Origin: Candidatus Colwellbacteria bacterium
GTDB lineage: Bacteria; Patescibacteriota; Minisyncoccia; UBA6257; Colwellbacteraceae
Assembly: GCA_016178255.1 (NCBI GenBank)
Contig: JACOTQ010000022.1
Location: 1,961 to 25,960, forward strand
Reading direction: 5' to 3'
DNA: 24,000 bases
Position numbers and translations under genes: made by a program. The first letter of the stretch is position 1. Each line of letters starts with the position of its first letter. Below, in pieces: positions 23,287 through 24,000 of this stretch. The notes beneath the pieces are model-generated. The model worked only from the letters and a program-made list of their open reading frames with translations. It ran no database searches and had not been told where the DNA came from.

Positions 23287-23478
23287 ATGGGAATTGTAGT
23301 GTGCCCTAACTGTTTCCGCATTAAAAATGGGAACAGGTGGCTCGACGAAAACCATCGGGACATTCTTGCCCTAAAGATAGACAAGGAAAACCTTGACCCT
23401 ATCTGGACGGCTTGCCCCGAATGCATCGTTGAGCTCGACTCCGCTCCCGTGAGAGCATCGCTTACAGTCGTTTGGTGA
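23287..23478 (+). CDS. Small zinc-ribbon protein (63 aa)
   Basis: The strong Shine-Dalgarno GGAAGGAGG lies upstream of ATG 23287. The product is MGIVVCPNCFRIKNGNRWLDE...WTACPECIVELD (CxxC...CxxC). The ORF track extends the frame back to 23065. An ATG at 23132 is an alternative start. Confidence 0.55.
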   Translation: MGIVVCPNCFRIKNGNRWLDENHRDILALKIDKENLDPIWTACPECIVELDSAPVRASLTVVW

Positions 23479-23502
23479 TAACGCCAATCACCAAACCTAA
23501 CC

Positions 23503-23531
23503 AAGGGCAGCGCCTCAAAAACGTTGCCCTT
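23503..23531 (+). terminator. Stem-loop after the small zinc-ribbon gene (weak U-tract)
   Basis: AAGGGCAGCG-CCTCAAAAA-CGTTGCCCTT forms 10 bp including one G.U pair. The trailing sequence CGTCCTTCT is only moderately T-rich. Confidence 0.4.
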
Positions 23532-23553
23532 CGTCCTTCTAAATTATTTACAC

Positions 23554-24000
23554 ATGAAAAAGCAAAGGCCGAAACCATACAAACGCGTAATAGTTTTTGG
23601 AGTATTTGACGGCTTTCATGAAGGACATCATTCTTTTTTATCGCAAGCGATAAGTTATGGCACCAAACTAATTATTGTGGTCGCGCGCGACCAATCTGTT
23701 AAGGACTTGAAGAATAAATCGCCGCGCCAAAGCGAAACCGATAGGCTAAAATCTGTTAGAGCATTTAGTATATTCGCGAAGCCGGTTTTGGGCGATCTTG
23801 CGCCAAGTTCTTACAAAGTGATAAAGATGAATAAGCCTGATGCGATATGCTTAGGATACGATCAAAACTTTCTGAAAATTGATTTACAAAGAAGTATGCG
23901 TCAGGGCACCATACCTGAAACTCCTATCATACAACTGAAAGCGTATAGGCCCAGAAGGCTTCATACGTCATTGATTCCCGTAAACAGAAAAGGCAAGTAA
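23554..24000 (+). CDS. Cytidylyltransferase-like nucleotidyltransferase (HxGH family; FMN-adenylyltransferase/glycerol-3-phosphate cytidylyltransferase-like)
   Basis: VIVFGVFDGFHEGHHSFL is the GxFDxxHxGH nucleotide-binding signature. I prefer ATG 23554 over the upstream alternative start. The stop TAA is at 23998-24000. Confidence 0.7.
   Translation: MKKQRPKPYKRVIVFGVFDGFHEGHHSFLSQAISYGTKLIIVVARDQSVKDLKNKSPRQSETDRLKSVRAFSIFAKPVLGDLAPSSYKVIKMNKPDAICLGYDQNFLKIDLQRSMRQGTIPETPIIQLKAYRPRRLHTSLIPVNRKGK

Noticed and set aside
1-24000. Alternative genetic code (UGA recoding, as in some candidate phyla) as an explanation for the broken genes
   Set aside because: TGA terminates the glycosylase, pepN and PafA-like ORFs at the expected protein lengths. 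The broken genes show missing sequence and frame changes rather than in-frame TGA codons.

Overview
Visibly AT-rich, tightly packed bacterial chromosomal segment with about 25 protein genes and one tRNA-Gln(UUG); no rRNA, CRISPR array or transposase was seen. The gene content suggests a small-genome, Candidate-Phyla-Radiation/Parcubacteria-like organism. The basis is a DUF4015-type hydrolase, a half-size MFS protein, many tiny membrane ORFs, a standalone AlaX, and -10 boxes sitting directly on start codons. This is inference from gene content, not a database result. Recognisable housekeeping genes are dnaX, def, lexA, an rdgB-like ITPase, pepN, a cold-shock protein, an ABC-F ATPase, a UvrD-type helicase fused to a PD-(D/E)XK nuclease, and a SMUG2/DUF4918-type glycosylase. 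Points worth a second look: (1) An orphan Pup-ligase/deamidase (PafA/Dop) family gene with no pup, mpa or proteasome genes nearby. (2) Four conserved genes (dnaX, an SPFH gene, an ATP-grasp gene, the PafA-like gene) each lack an internal block of conserved sequence and change frame at the junction, and a fifth gene has a simple frameshift. (3) A 30-32 bp perfect palindrome occurs twice, with a compensatory base change between copies. (4) Three noncoding islands look more GC-rich than their flanks, including a roughly 310 nt multi-hairpin region abutting a bidirectional terminator. (5) A T18 homopolymer abuts a near-consensus promoter. (6) A carotenoid-cleavage oxygenase is present. (7) An AT-rich islet next to the tRNA carries GIY-YIG and HNH nucleases. 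All family calls rest on motifs I recognise by eye and from memory; nothing was searched or computed beyond hand translation and hand folding.
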